A DNA stretch of 48,272 nucleotides, from contig NC_057720.1 in assembly GCF_004010195.1 (NCBI RefSeq), positions 1,361,403 through 1,409,674 on the forward strand, read 5' to 3'. Source of the stretch: Chiloscyllium plagiosum (lineage: Eukaryota). The position numbers and the translations under genes were made by a program. The notes below the pieces were generated by a model that saw only the letters and a program-made list of their open reading frames with translations, searched no databases and was not told the origin of the DNA. Below, piece after piece: positions 24,343 to 35,897 of the stretch (the first letter of the stretch is position 1; the number at the start of each line of letters is the position of its first letter).

Positions 24343-24721
24343 AGGGAATTCCAGCATTTTGACCCAGTGACAGTAGAAGAACGGTGATATATTTCCAAGT
24401 CAGGATGGTGAGTGACTTGAAGAGGAATGTGCAGGTAGTGGTGTTCCCATGTATCTGTTGCCATTGATCTTCTATATTGAAGTGGTCATGTATTTGGAGG
24501 TTCCGTTGAAGGATCTTTGGTGAATTTCTGCACAGCATCTTGTAGATAGCACACACTGTTGCTATTGAGCGTCAGTGGTGAAGAGAATGGATGCTTGTGG
24601 ATGTGATGCTAATCAAGTGGGCTGCTTTATCCTGGATGGTGTCGAGCTTCTTGAGTGTTGTTGGAGCTGCACTAATTCAGGCAAGTGGGGAGTATTCCAT
24701 CACACTCCTGTCTTGTTGATG

Positions 24722-24940
24722 GGGAAAGTGAGGAATGCAGATACTGGAGATCAAAGTCAAGAATGGGGTGCTGGAAAAGCACAGAAGGCCAGGCAGTATC
24801 CGAAGAGCAGGAGAATCGACGTTTCTGGCAAGAATCCTTCATCAGGAATTGATAATGAAGGATTCTTGCTCAAAACGTCAATTCTCCTGCTCCTTGGATG
24901 CTGCCTGATCTGTTCTGCTTTTCCAGCACCCACCCTTGAC
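24722..24940. mobile_element. Palindromic Penelope-derived terminal-repeat pair
   Basis: Inverted arms centred at about 24850; minus-strand CTGATGAAGGATTCTTGCCAGAAACGTCGA. Confidence 0.8.
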
Positions 24941-26059
24941 CTTGTAGACTGGGGACAGGTTTTGAGGAGGCTAAAGTCTGATCTGCTCCTGCAGCCACTG
25001 CATTTATATGAATAGTCCAGTTTAATTTCTGGTCAATGCCAAACACCCAGGATGTTGACAGTGGAGGGATTCAGTGATGGTAATGCCACTGAATGCCAAA
25101 TGGCGATAGTTTGATTATCTCTCTTGGAGTAAGTCCCTGCCTGGCATTCATGTGGCATGAATTTCATTTACATTTTATCATTGCAAGCCAGGGTATTGTG
25201 AAGGTCTTGCTGCATTTTAACATGAACTGTTTCTATATCTGAGGAGTCATGATTGGTGCTGAATATTATGCAATCATCAGCAAATATGCCCACTTCTGAC
25301 TTTATGGTAGAGGCAAGGTTCATGATGAAACAGCTGAATATGGTTGGACCTAGAGCACTATCCTGAAGAACTCCTGCAGAGATGTCTTGGAGCTGAGATG
25401 ACTGACCTCCAACAAATACAACTATCTTCCTATGTGCCAGGGATGACTCCCAATTAATGCACAGTCTTTCTCCCAATTCATATTGATGCCAGTTTTGCTA
25501 GGGTCCCTTTGATTGATATTTCAATCAAATCTGTAATGAGGTCAGGAGATGAATGGCCCTGGCAGAATCCAAACTGGGTGTCGCTGAGCAGATTATTGCT
25601 GAGAAGGTGCTGCTTGATAGCACTGTTGATGACACTTTGCATCACTTTACTGATGGTTAAGGCTAGACTGGTTGGGTGGTAATTGGCTTGGTTGGACTTG
25701 CCCTGCTTTTTTGTGTACAAGACATACCTGGAAAAGTTTCTATATTATTGGGTAGATGCCAGTGTTGAAGCTGTACTGTAACAGCCTGGCTAGGGATGCA
25801 GCAACGTCTGGAGCGTAGGTTTTCAATACTATTGTCGGAATGTTGTCAGAATCCACAGCCTTTATAGTAACAAATCCCTCCAACTGTTTCTTGATTTCAC
25901 ATGAAGGGAATTGAATTGGCTGAATTGGCATGTGTGATGGTGGGGACCTTTGGAAGATGCCAAGATAATAATGTCTGTTATCCTCAATGTTCCTTAACAG
26001 CTGTCCATCAGATCACTCTTTTGTGCTGTCTATTGTACCCAAAGAAGAGCCACTCTGGA

Positions 26060-26540
26060 GCAAGGTGTTAGGTGTAGCACCGTGGCTGGCACTCTTCCTC
26101 CTAGATCAGGAGGTTATTGGTTCACCCAGATCAGGCAACACACATTCCTGGCCGGCATTCCCACTGCAGTGTGAGGGACTGTCACATGGTTAGGTGGTCA
26201 GTATACAGAGTGTAGTCCTCTGTCAGAGGTGCTGTCTTTTGGATGAGATTAAACAGAGACCATGTGTTCCCTCACAGATAATGTACTGTAAAAGATTCCA
26301 TGGAATCTTGGTTAAATATGCAGTTCTTCCCAACATCCTAGGGCCAAATTTTATCCCTGAACCAACATCACTAAAATAGTCCATTGCTTATGGAAACTAG
26401 CTGTGTGTAAATTGGCTATTGCATTTCTCTTATTCTAACTGTAACTACATTTCAAAAAGTACTTCACTAACTGTAATGCTCTTTTGGATGTTATGAGGTC
26501 ATGAAATGAGCTGTATAAATGCAAGCTCTTTCTTTTTATA
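26060..26540 (+). mobile_element. DeuSINE (SacSINE1-like)
   Basis: GAGGTGCTGTCTTTTGGATGAGATTAAAC, AAATTGGCT..ACTACATTTCAAAAAGTACTTCA and GCTGTATAAATGCAAG tail. Confidence 0.75.
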
Positions 26541-26754
26541 CAGTTTGATTGCTTGCAATGGACAGGATCAAAGACATAAGCAACACCATCCTTCTGAGTG
26601 CCAGGAGACAGAAATAAGACTGACAGTATAGCCAGCAACACTGAGTCTTTATTCATTCTGCTAACTCTTGTCGTTTGGAAACCATGAAGCCTTAGGAAAT
26701 GTAAACACTGTGAAATGCATGACCAATGGAGATTTTGAAGTGCTGGATCTGTAC

Positions 26755-26904
26755 CTTGATCTTATCAATGTAGCCAGTCTCCCTGTGGTTGAAAGTCTTG
26801 TGAGCTCCATTCTTTTGAACCAGACTGAGTCCTTCCTGAGTCCCAGCTGTCCCAAGAACCTTCAGGCCGTAGGCTCTGGCAATCTGGCACGCTGCTATCC
26901 CAAC
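26755..26904 (-). CDS. CRYZ: CRYZ coding exon (equivalent to exon 6)
   Basis: gtttcag|[50 protein letters not shown]|gtacag; 150 nt. Confidence 0.97.
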
Positions 26905-27526
26905 CTGAAACTCAGCACAACAATTATGCACTACCTTTCATGGAAGCAGCTTCTTAACTTCATGAGCCAACTCATTCCAACCAAACACAATACCTCCATT
27001 CTCCAACTGCCGTAAGCAAGCAAGCAAGCACAGAAATCCAAATTCCAATTACTATTTTCCTCCTGACTGTATTTCTGATTTCACATTGAGTTTTTTTTTG
27101 TGCACGCACATTTGAGTCAGGGAAAGGAGCACCAAGATCATACTATGCAATATTAATAAGTCAATGGGATTGTCTAAAATGATTTAGAGAAAGTGACTCA
27201 TCAGCATTACCAGAAATAAAATGGAGTCATTTTATAAAAAGGTGACACCAACATCAGTAAAGTGATTTCAAACATGGACACATGCAACAAAATATATTGG
27301 GTCTACATGGATCTAATTGGTAACTCTTCCAAAGAATTGTCACCGCAGGATAGGCTGAATGGTTTATTCCTGCAGTTTGCAATTCGAACAGATTTATAAT
27401 ACGATTATGATAAAATACTGCAATAGATCAACTCAACTATTTTTTTTTTTAAATCATTTACAGCTTGTAGGTGTTGCTGGCATGAGTATCTTTTATTTCC
27501 TATCCTAAACAGCCTTTGAAAAGGTG

Positions 27527-27633
27527 GTCCAGAGTGTGGTGCTGGAAAAGCACAGCAGGTCAGGCAGCATCCCAGAAGCAGGAGAAATAACGTTTCAGGC
27601 AAAAGCCCTTCATCAGAAATGGTTCATCAGGAA
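27527..27633 (-). mobile_element. Short Penelope-derived insertion with hammerhead-like core and 12-bp TSD
   Basis: TTTGAAAAGGTG at 27515-27526 and 27634-27645; minus strand CTGATGAAGGGCTTTTGCCTGAAACGTT. Confidence 0.8.
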
Positions 27634-29082
27634 TTTGAAAAGGTGATGATGAGCAATCTTCTTGAATTTCTTCAAGCATAGTTGAAGTAATTTGCTCAGC
27701 ATTTCAGAGGGTAGTTAAAAATGAACCATTTGCTGTAGGTCTGGAGTCATGGACAGGTCAGGACAAGTAAGGGCAGCAGGTCTTCTTCCTTAAAGGTCGT
27801 GATGAAATGTGAACTTGTGTCTCTGCATCATTGGCCCTGGCCTCTGGATTCCCAGCCCATTCTTCGCCCCATAGATTTTATTTAAAATGGGAGCAATTTG
27901 GGTTGAAGAGAGAAAGAATAAGTCTTCTGGTTCAGGAGTTGGAAATGAAACATCAGTTGAAAAACTGCCATAAAAATTTAGGAGAGGATGAGAGGACATT
28001 TGTTTTTCACAAAATGTGGTTGGAATATGAGCTTTAGCACAGGAAGAGTTTTAGATACAGACAACAATTCAGGGAAAGTACTTAAGTTCGGGAAGATGGA
28101 GGGCTTTAACTGAAAAGCAAGGAAGAAAGATAAATAGCAAAGAAGCAGTACAGACACAATGAGTTAAATGGCCTCTGTGTAATAACATTAGGTGACCCAA
28201 AAAGGTTTTCACCCGAGTGTGAAAATACAAAGTTTGGCTCATTCTCCTCTTCCAATTACATGCATAGACATGTAGAATAATTGCATGGGTCTCTGGTGTT
28301 GCCTGAAGCCTTACTGTCTCTCAGAAATACTATTAGGTTACACGAGGGACTGGGGGAAGGAGGAAGAAGAGGTCAAAGAGATGCACAATATATATGTATC
28401 AATGTAGAAATGCTATTTCTTACTTTGCTAGACAAAAATATACACATTCATCTGTGGAGGGGTTCTTCCTGAGAACCTCCAGACAAGGAGCTTTCCCCAG
28501 TTAAAACAGTATAGGCAAGAGTCAACGCAGCCAGAGGCAGAGTGGATTGGCGTTAGAACTACCCTCTTGTTACCACACCAGCTGCCACATTCCAAGTTTA
28601 ACAGAACTGAGAGAAGGTAAGCCTAAAAGCCAAGTGGAAGAGGGGGATATGTTGGAAGTTGGGTGGAGTAGGGGAGGGTCTCATATGAGAAATGGGATGA
28701 GGTAGTAGGTAGATGTGTGGGGGATAGAATAGCAGGATAGTGGTGAGGGTGTAGACTAAATTGTTGGGATTTTGGGGGATTGAAGGTTAAGCTGCTGAGT
28801 TGATGGTCTTGAGGATTCAGATGTACATTTTCTAGAGTACGCCCGGTCTACAACTAACTGGAAACTAGAAGATCTGGATGAAGGAGCTTGAAATTGAAGG
28901 AGTCAAAGCAGGGAATTGCAATTTGCGTTGAAGGTTCAGGACAGCCTGTGCTTAGGGAAAAGATCGGCGTGCAGTAATGACAGTGTTAGACAAGATTTTG
29001 GCAATCCCAAAAATATTATTTGCTCTAAAGTTCTCAGACATTTATGAAAATCCAGTTCAGGTAGGAAAATAATGCAGCTTAC

Positions 29083-29134
29083 CCCTCCACTTGCTCCATG
29101 AATTAGAACAGTTTCTCCAGCCTTCACATGGGCT
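29083..29134 (-). CDS. CRYZ: CRYZ coding exon (equivalent to exon 5), start of the NADPH-binding motif
   Basis: tctttcag|A GCC..: AHVKAGETVLIHGASGG|gtaag; 52 nt; phase matches the upstream exon. Confidence 0.97.
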
Positions 29135-30009
29135 CTGAAAGAGAAAGGAGTTCCACTGAGAGAATATCCGTTTGGCCTGCATCCAAAACTAGAATCAAAG
29201 CCGGTGACCAGTCAATTCAGATGCTGTGAGTGCCACTCCCTCTGATTTCTGTCAAAACGGTAGAGATTGGGCAGTAAATCCAACTCAGTAAGTGTGGAAA
29301 TCCACACAATTTAGGCTCCCATTCCTTCCAGCACAGAAAATGAAGGGCTGATCGAATCAAGGTGGCCAGGTCAATTGAAGGATTCAATAATGTAGACATT
29401 TTCTCTCCATTTCCTCTGGTGGAAGAATCCAGAACAAAGACACGGAATCAAAACATTAGAGCCACACCATTGTTCAGGGGCTAAATCAGGAAAGCACTTC
29501 ACACATTTCTCCCTCCAAAGACCTTTGAGTTGGGACATAATTGAAAATTTCAAAACTGACATTAATAATTTTTGTTAAGCAAAGTTACTAAATGTTGCAG
29601 AATCAAATCGGTCCAATGGAGTTAAGATACAAACCAACCATCTTTGAACCTAATGGGGGAAGAGGCTCAAAAAGCTGAACCGTCTCTTCCGGTTCCTGTG
29701 TTCTGAATCGTAAGAAGAGTTCTTGTCTGGACAACTTCTTGTCAATTTCTCTCTGTTCACTTCATTTTTTATCAAACATAAAATAAATAATAAAACCAGG
29801 AGATAATCAAAATTGTAAATGAATTGCACCTTCTTGACGACAGAATTAAAGTTGCAGTTTACAAGGTATAGTAAGCCACACAATGACAGAGTTATGACGA
29901 ATGCTAGCTAATGCTGAAAGGGTTTAATCTGAATAATTATCAGTTTTAATTAGTGTCTGTCATCATCTCCTGAACTGTTTTTAATCACTTGAAAGAAACG
30001 ATGTTGCTG

Positions 30010-30446
30010 GGAATGGAGACTTTGATATAAAAATAAATTGGAAAGACTGGGACTTCATTCACTGGAATGTAGGAAGTTGAGGGGTGACCTTATTGAGGTT
30101 TATAAAATCATGAGGGACATAAGATAAGGTGAATGACAAAGATCTTTTCCCTAGGGTTGGTGAGTTCAAAACTAGGGGGCACAGTTTTAAAGAGAGAGGA
30201 GAAAGATTTAAAAAGGAAATGAGAGGCAATTTTTTTTTTACACAGAAGTGGTTAGTGTGTGGAATGAACTGCCAAAGAAAGTAGTGGATGCAGGTACAAT
30301 TACAACGTTTAAAAGACATTTGGATAAGTTCATGAATTGGAATGTTTTGGAAGGATCTGGGCAAGTGGGATTAGTTTAGTTTAGGAATGTGGTCGGCGTG
30401 TACTGGTTGGATCAAAGGGTCTGTTTCCATGCTATATGACTCTATG
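30010..30446 (+). mobile_element. CR1 LINE 3' end
   Basis: LRGDLIEVYKIMR motif and CTATATGACTCTATGA tail. Confidence 0.9.
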
Positions 30447-31359
30447 AGAGAAATATATCATGGTATCTTTTCTCCTTCATTAGACCTGCATTTTCTGTGT
30501 CCTCTTACTTCAGAATATTGCATGGCTATGAGGGGCAGAAAGGATCAAATTGTATTGTTTATCAACTATGTGTTTATAGATATTAAATACTGCAGGGTAC
30601 TGTGGCTGAGCGTCCATCTAAAATAGAGTTTTATAAATTGGTTGCCCGCTTTTGCTTTTGTTGACTATCAAAATAGAGATCTGATAGTTTCTAATATACT
30701 GTTGCACTCTGTATTGGTTCATTTGATGTAAGTGGTACTGAAATTGAAACCACAAGATCTAGAGCACGAAGGTAATGAAAATGTAACTCCTGCAATGCTG
30801 TGATATCACTCACCATAAATTACAGTCGACATAATTTTAAGGCACTGGTGATTCCATACCTGGAAAACTGTGTGCGGCTTTGGTCTCTTTACTTAGGAAG
30901 GACATACTTGTCCTTGAGGGAGTTCAAGAAAAATTGGCTCACAAACCGAGTTCCTGGGATTAGTGATTATCTCTTGAGGATACATTGTGTAGACTAGACC
31001 TATCGCCTTCCAAGCTACCTTCCCGCTAGCCCCACCCATTTATCTCTCAGCCCCCTTGGGGCCCCCCCCACATTTCTGATGAAGGGCTTATGCCAGAAAT
31101 GTCGACTCTCCTGCTCCTCGGATGCTGCCTGACCTGCTGTGCTTTACCAATGCCACACACTTTGACTCTCCTAAACTTCAAGGAGAAAGTGAGGACAGCA
31201 GATGCTGGAGAGCAGAGTCGAGAGGGCATATGCCCTTCATCAGATTTATCTCTAATATTTATGGTAATTTAGAAGAAAGAGAGATTATCTCATTGAAACT
31301 CTTAAAAATCTTAGGGGCAGGCCAGGTAATGAGAAAATATTTCTCCAATATAAAAAATA

Positions 31360-32120
31360 ATCACTCATGGGATGTGGGCATTGTTGGCTGGGACAGCATT
31401 TATTGCCTATCTCAGTTACCCTTGAGGAGGTGGTGGTGAACTGCCTTCTTGAAATGCTGCAGTCCACCTGCTCTGGGTAGACCAACAATGCTGCTTGGGA
31501 GGGAAATCCAGGATTTGATCCACTGACACAGAAGAAATAGTGATATATTTCTAAGTCCGGATGGTGGGTGGCTTGCACTGGAATTTGCAGGGGATGGTGT
31601 TCCCATGTATCTGCTGCCCTGTCCTTCTATATGGCAGTAGTTGTGGATTTTCAAAGTGTTATCTGAAGAGCTTTAGTGAATTTCTGCAGTGCATCTTGTA
31701 AATGGTACACACTGCTGCTACTGAGCTTGATGTGGAGGGCTCGAATGTTTGTGGATGTGGTGTCAATCAAGCGGACTGCTTTGTCCTGGATGGTGTCAAG
31801 CTTCTTGAGTGTTGTTGGAGCTATACCCATCCAGGTACTTGGGGAGTATTTCATCACACTCCTGGCTTGTCCCTTCAAGATGATGGACAGGCAATGGGGA
31901 ATCAGTAGATGTATTAGTCACTGCAGTATTCCTAGCATCTGAACTGCTGTTGCAGTCACTGTATTTATATGGTTAGTCCAGTTGAGTTTCTGGTTAATGG
32001 TAATTACCAGGATGATGATAGTGGGGGATTCAGTGATGGCAATGCCATTCAATGTTAATGGGCAATGGTTAGATTGTCTGTCGTTGTCTGGCATTTGAGC
32101 GGAACAAATGTTATTTGCAA
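31360..32120 (-). mobile_element. LINE 3' portion (same family as 23250-25960)
   Basis: SVMKYSPSTWMGIAPTTLKKLDTIQDKAVRLI; KKAVHHHLLKGN. Confidence 0.8.
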
Positions 32121-32121
32121 T

Positions 32122-32912
32122 ATAAAGGGACTTGGGGGTACATGTGCATGAAGCACAGAAAGCCAGCACAAAGGTGCAGCAGGTAATCAGGAAGGCTAAT
32201 AGAATAGTGGCCCTTATTTCAGGGGCTTAGAGGACAAGAATAGGGAATTCTTACTGCAACTGTACAAGGTGCTAGTGAGTTGAAACTTTATTGCTGGAAC
32301 AGCACAGCAGGTCAGGCAGCATCCAGGGAACAGGAGATTCGACGTCCCCTGAGGTGATGAGGTTATGGACGGTGCTAGTGAGACCACATTGGGTGTACTA
32401 TGATCAATTTTGGTCCCTTTATTTAAGAAAATATATCAATTCATTGGACGCAATTCAGAGAAGGTTCATTAGATTGATCTCCAGACTTTACCGATTAGAA
32501 TTTAAAAGAATGAGAGGTGATTTCATTTGAAAAGTATAGGATTCTTAAGGGGCTTGACAGGGGCTTGACAGGGTAAATACTGAGAGGATGTTTCTCCTCA
32601 TGGAACAGTCTAGGACTGGAGGACATTGTCTCAGAATCAAGGGGCACAAATTAAGACTGAGTTGAGGAAGAATTTCTTTTCTCAGAGGGTTGTGAGTCTT
32701 TGGAATTCCTTGCTACAGAGAGCTCTGGGGGCCGAGGCCTCGTGTGTATTGAAGACTGAGATAGATAGATTCTTAATCAGTTGGGGGATCAAGAGTTATG
32801 GAAAAGGGTAGGAAAGTGGATGCAAGGAGTGTCAGATCAGCCATGATCCAATTGAATGGGAAGCAGGCTCAAGGGCCAAACTACTCCTTCTGTTTCTATT
32901 TTGATGGTCTTA
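32122..32912 (+). mobile_element. CR1 3' fragment
   Basis: LVRPHWVYYDQFWS; KNFFSQRVVSLWNSL. Confidence 0.85.
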
Positions 32913-33315
32913 TGCTAAATGTTAGTTGCCACTTTTCAGGTCAAACCTGAAAATCATCCAGATCATGCTGCATTTGGACATAAACTGCCTAGTATCTGAA
33001 CAGTTGCAAATAGACTGTAAGGGATCAGTCATTTGGGGCTGAGTTAAGGAGGAATTTTTTCAGTTAGAGATATGTAAACCTTTAGAATTCTTATCCCATA
33101 GAGCTGTAGTTACTCAGTAATCCGAGTATATTCAAATCAAAGGTTGATAAATTCTTGGGTGCTAAGTGAATTAAAGGATCTGAGGATATTGCTGAAAGGT
33201 GTAATTGGGATAGCAGATTAACCATGATCTTCTTGTCATTGGATCTGACTCAAAGGACCAAACGGCTATCCCTGATCCTCTTTTTGATGGTGCTGTATAT
33301 TTATGGTTGCCTTAC

Positions 33316-33479
33316 TTGTGGAAGAGTGCTCGATATGCAGTGAAGTAAGGAATTCCAATAGCTGATCCTTGCTTGTAGTTAAGATTTTCTGGCAAGGGGT
33401 AAACACGGTTCTCTGAAGAAACTGTATACTCAGCATATCCACCAGTGATGGTTCCACATGTGAAAACACGGTCCCCTTT
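33316..33479 (-). CDS. CRYZ: CRYZ coding exon (equivalent to exon 4)
   Basis: caacatag|[54 protein letters not shown](K)|gtaag; 164 nt; this frame is not in the ORF track. Confidence 0.96.
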
Positions 33480-34184
33480 CTATGTTGGAGCAAGAAGGAC
33501 AGATTTATTGAAAACAGCTTCATTTTAAATCTGTTCAAATTATTAAAAACGTCCCAATTTGCTAAAAATATATCATAGTAAAACCAATGCTCCATAATAT
33601 ACTAAAATTGTCAAGCTTGTGCATGCCATCTAACATGTTTTCAATATAACTTCTACTGTATTGATGGAAACTGCCTACGTAAACATGCCAATCTGCAAGT
33701 ATATCCTCCTGTCTGAAGAGGTGTTGAAGTTTTGTGTTTGCCAGCTTCTGATACTTCACAGGAAACCTAATGCTACGACAAACTTGCTTCAAGTTTAATA
33801 TAAACTATAAATAATATTAACTTAGAAGTTGGTAAGTTGAAAAAAAAAGACAGAAAATGGGGGAAACACATCAAATTTGCATATCCCGGTTCAGTTATCC
33901 AACATTCTTTTAATCTAGCTTTGACAAAGGGTCAGTTAGGCTCGAAACATCAGCTCTTTTCTCTCCTTACAGATGCTGCCAGACCTGCTGAGATTTTCCA
34001 GCATTTTCTCTTTTGGTTTCAGATTCCAGCATCCGCAGTAGTTTGCTTTTATTCTTTTAACCTCATTCACCCAAAGCTCTGCTTAGCCTGAATACCTAAC
34101 GTGCAGCCTATGACTGTTTCACATAAAATCACTTGCTGTAATAAATTTCATTCAAACAGAACCCACAAAATACATGCCTCTGGA

Positions 34185-34720
34185 GGACTTACCTAGACTT
34201 AAACTTACTTCCTTTGGAATTGCATGGGACAATGGGCAGCAAGACTCAATCCATCACAATATTTTTCATTCCAATCCAGGTTGTGTCCTATTCTTGAAGG
34301 TCCTGCTTAAGTGTACTTCTGTCAGGTCTTGTTTGCCTGGCCAGATCACTATTCCCATCTGGTGGTGTCCATTCAATTGCCATTCTGGTGAAGAATATGT
34401 TCAGGTGGTGAACTTTGTATCCCACTATCTGTTATCTCTCTGTGATGGTGACCTGAGGGGGCTTCTGACCACTCCTGTGTGGTGCTTCTTCATTGCTGGT
34501 GGTGTCTCTACAAGTGATGCCTCGGATCTTACGTATGCAACATTGGTGGAAAACATCCAACTTATCTGACACTTTTGATGCTATCTTCCATTTCTTGCTG
34601 GCATAGATTGCAGTTGGTTCACCTACAGATGTAAACACGGCTTCATGGCCACGTTGATGCTGTTGGATATCCAAACCATGTGGAGTTGCTGAAAGATTGA
34701 TAGTGCTCAGCTAATTTTTC
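34185..34720 (-). mobile_element. RTE-clade LINE 3' fragment
   Basis: KLDVFHQCCIRKIRGITCRD..SNEE, AIEWTPPDG and a decayed (TAAGT)n-like tail. Confidence 0.65.
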
Positions 34721-34937
34721 TGTGGACATAGTCAAAAATCACATGACAACGAATTATAGTCCAATAGGTTTATTTGAAACAGCTAACGAGAGAGATTTGA
34801 TTCTGTTGGACTATAACCTCGTGTCATGTGATTTTTTTACATTGTCCACTCTAGTCCAACACTGGCACCTCCACATCAGTTCTTCTGTGGACATCGATCA
34901 ATGCATCGACCTCCCTGCAGTTGTTGGTTCCTAGGTA

Positions 34938-35190
34938 AAGGAGAGTGTGAGGCTGCACATACTGGAGATCAGAGTCAAAATGTGTGGCACTGGAAAAGCA
35001 CAGCAGGCCAGCAGTATCGGAGAAGCAGGAGAGTCGACATTTCAGTCATAAGCCCTTCATCAGGAATGTGGGGGCTAGGGCAGCAAAGGGGGCTTACAGA
35101 TAAATGGGAGGGGGGTGGGGCTGGGGGAAAGAGCTTGGAAGGTGATAGGTAGATGAAGGTGGGGTGTGATGGTGATAGGTTGGAGTGAGG
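34938..35190 (-). mobile_element. Penelope-derived 3' terminal repeat
   Basis: Minus strand C-rich tract then CATTCCTGATGAAGGGCTTATGACTGAAATGTCGAC. Confidence 0.8.
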
Positions 35191-35339
35191 ATGGAACATT
35201 GTACATAGAACTTTACAGTGCAGTACAGGCTGTTCGGCCCTTGATGTTGCACTGACCTGCAAAATTAATCTGATGCCCATCTAACCTACACCGTTCCATT
35301 ATTATCCATACGTATGCCCAATGACCATTTAAAGGTGCT

Positions 35340-35897
35340 GGGTGCTCTGCTTTTTGTCATTGATATAAATGATTTGGATGAGAGCATAAGAGGTATGGTT
35401 AGTAAGTTTGCAGATGACACCAAAATCGGAGGTGTAGTGGACAGGGAAGTTAAGAGGTATGGTTAGTAAGTGTGCAGATGACACCAAAATTGGAAGTGCA
35501 GTGGACAGCGAAGAAGGTTACCTCAGATTACAACAGGATCTTGATCAGATGGGCCAATGGGCTGAGAAGTGGCAGGTGGAGTTTAATTCAGATAAATGCG
35601 AGGTGCTGCATTTTTTGGGAAAGCAAATCGTAGCAGGACTTATACACCTAATGGTAAGCTCCGAGGGAATGTTGCTGAACAAAGAGACCTTGGAGTGCAG
35701 ATTCATAGCTTCTTGAAAGTCGAGTCGCAGGTAGATAGGATAGTGAAGAAGGCGTTTGGTATGCTTTCCTTTATTGGTCAGAGTATTGAGTACAGGATTT
35801 GAGCTATAAGGAGTGGCTGAACAGGCTGGGGCTGTTTTCCCTGGAGTGTCGGAGGCTGAGGGGTGACCTTATAGAGGTTTACAAAATTATGAAGGGC
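35340..35897 (+). mobile_element. CR1 RT fragment with a 64-bp tandem duplication
   Basis: SKFADDTKIG followed by SKCADDTKIG; units start at 35387 and 35451. Confidence 0.9.

Larger units (their letters stand above)
23250..25960 (-). mobile_element. Degraded non-LTR LINE (second CR1/L2-group family) with nested Penelope insertions
   Basis: ANYHPTSL, QFGFCQGHS, SAGVLQDSALGPTIFSCFI, GIFADDC; same family as 31360-32120. Confidence 0.85.
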
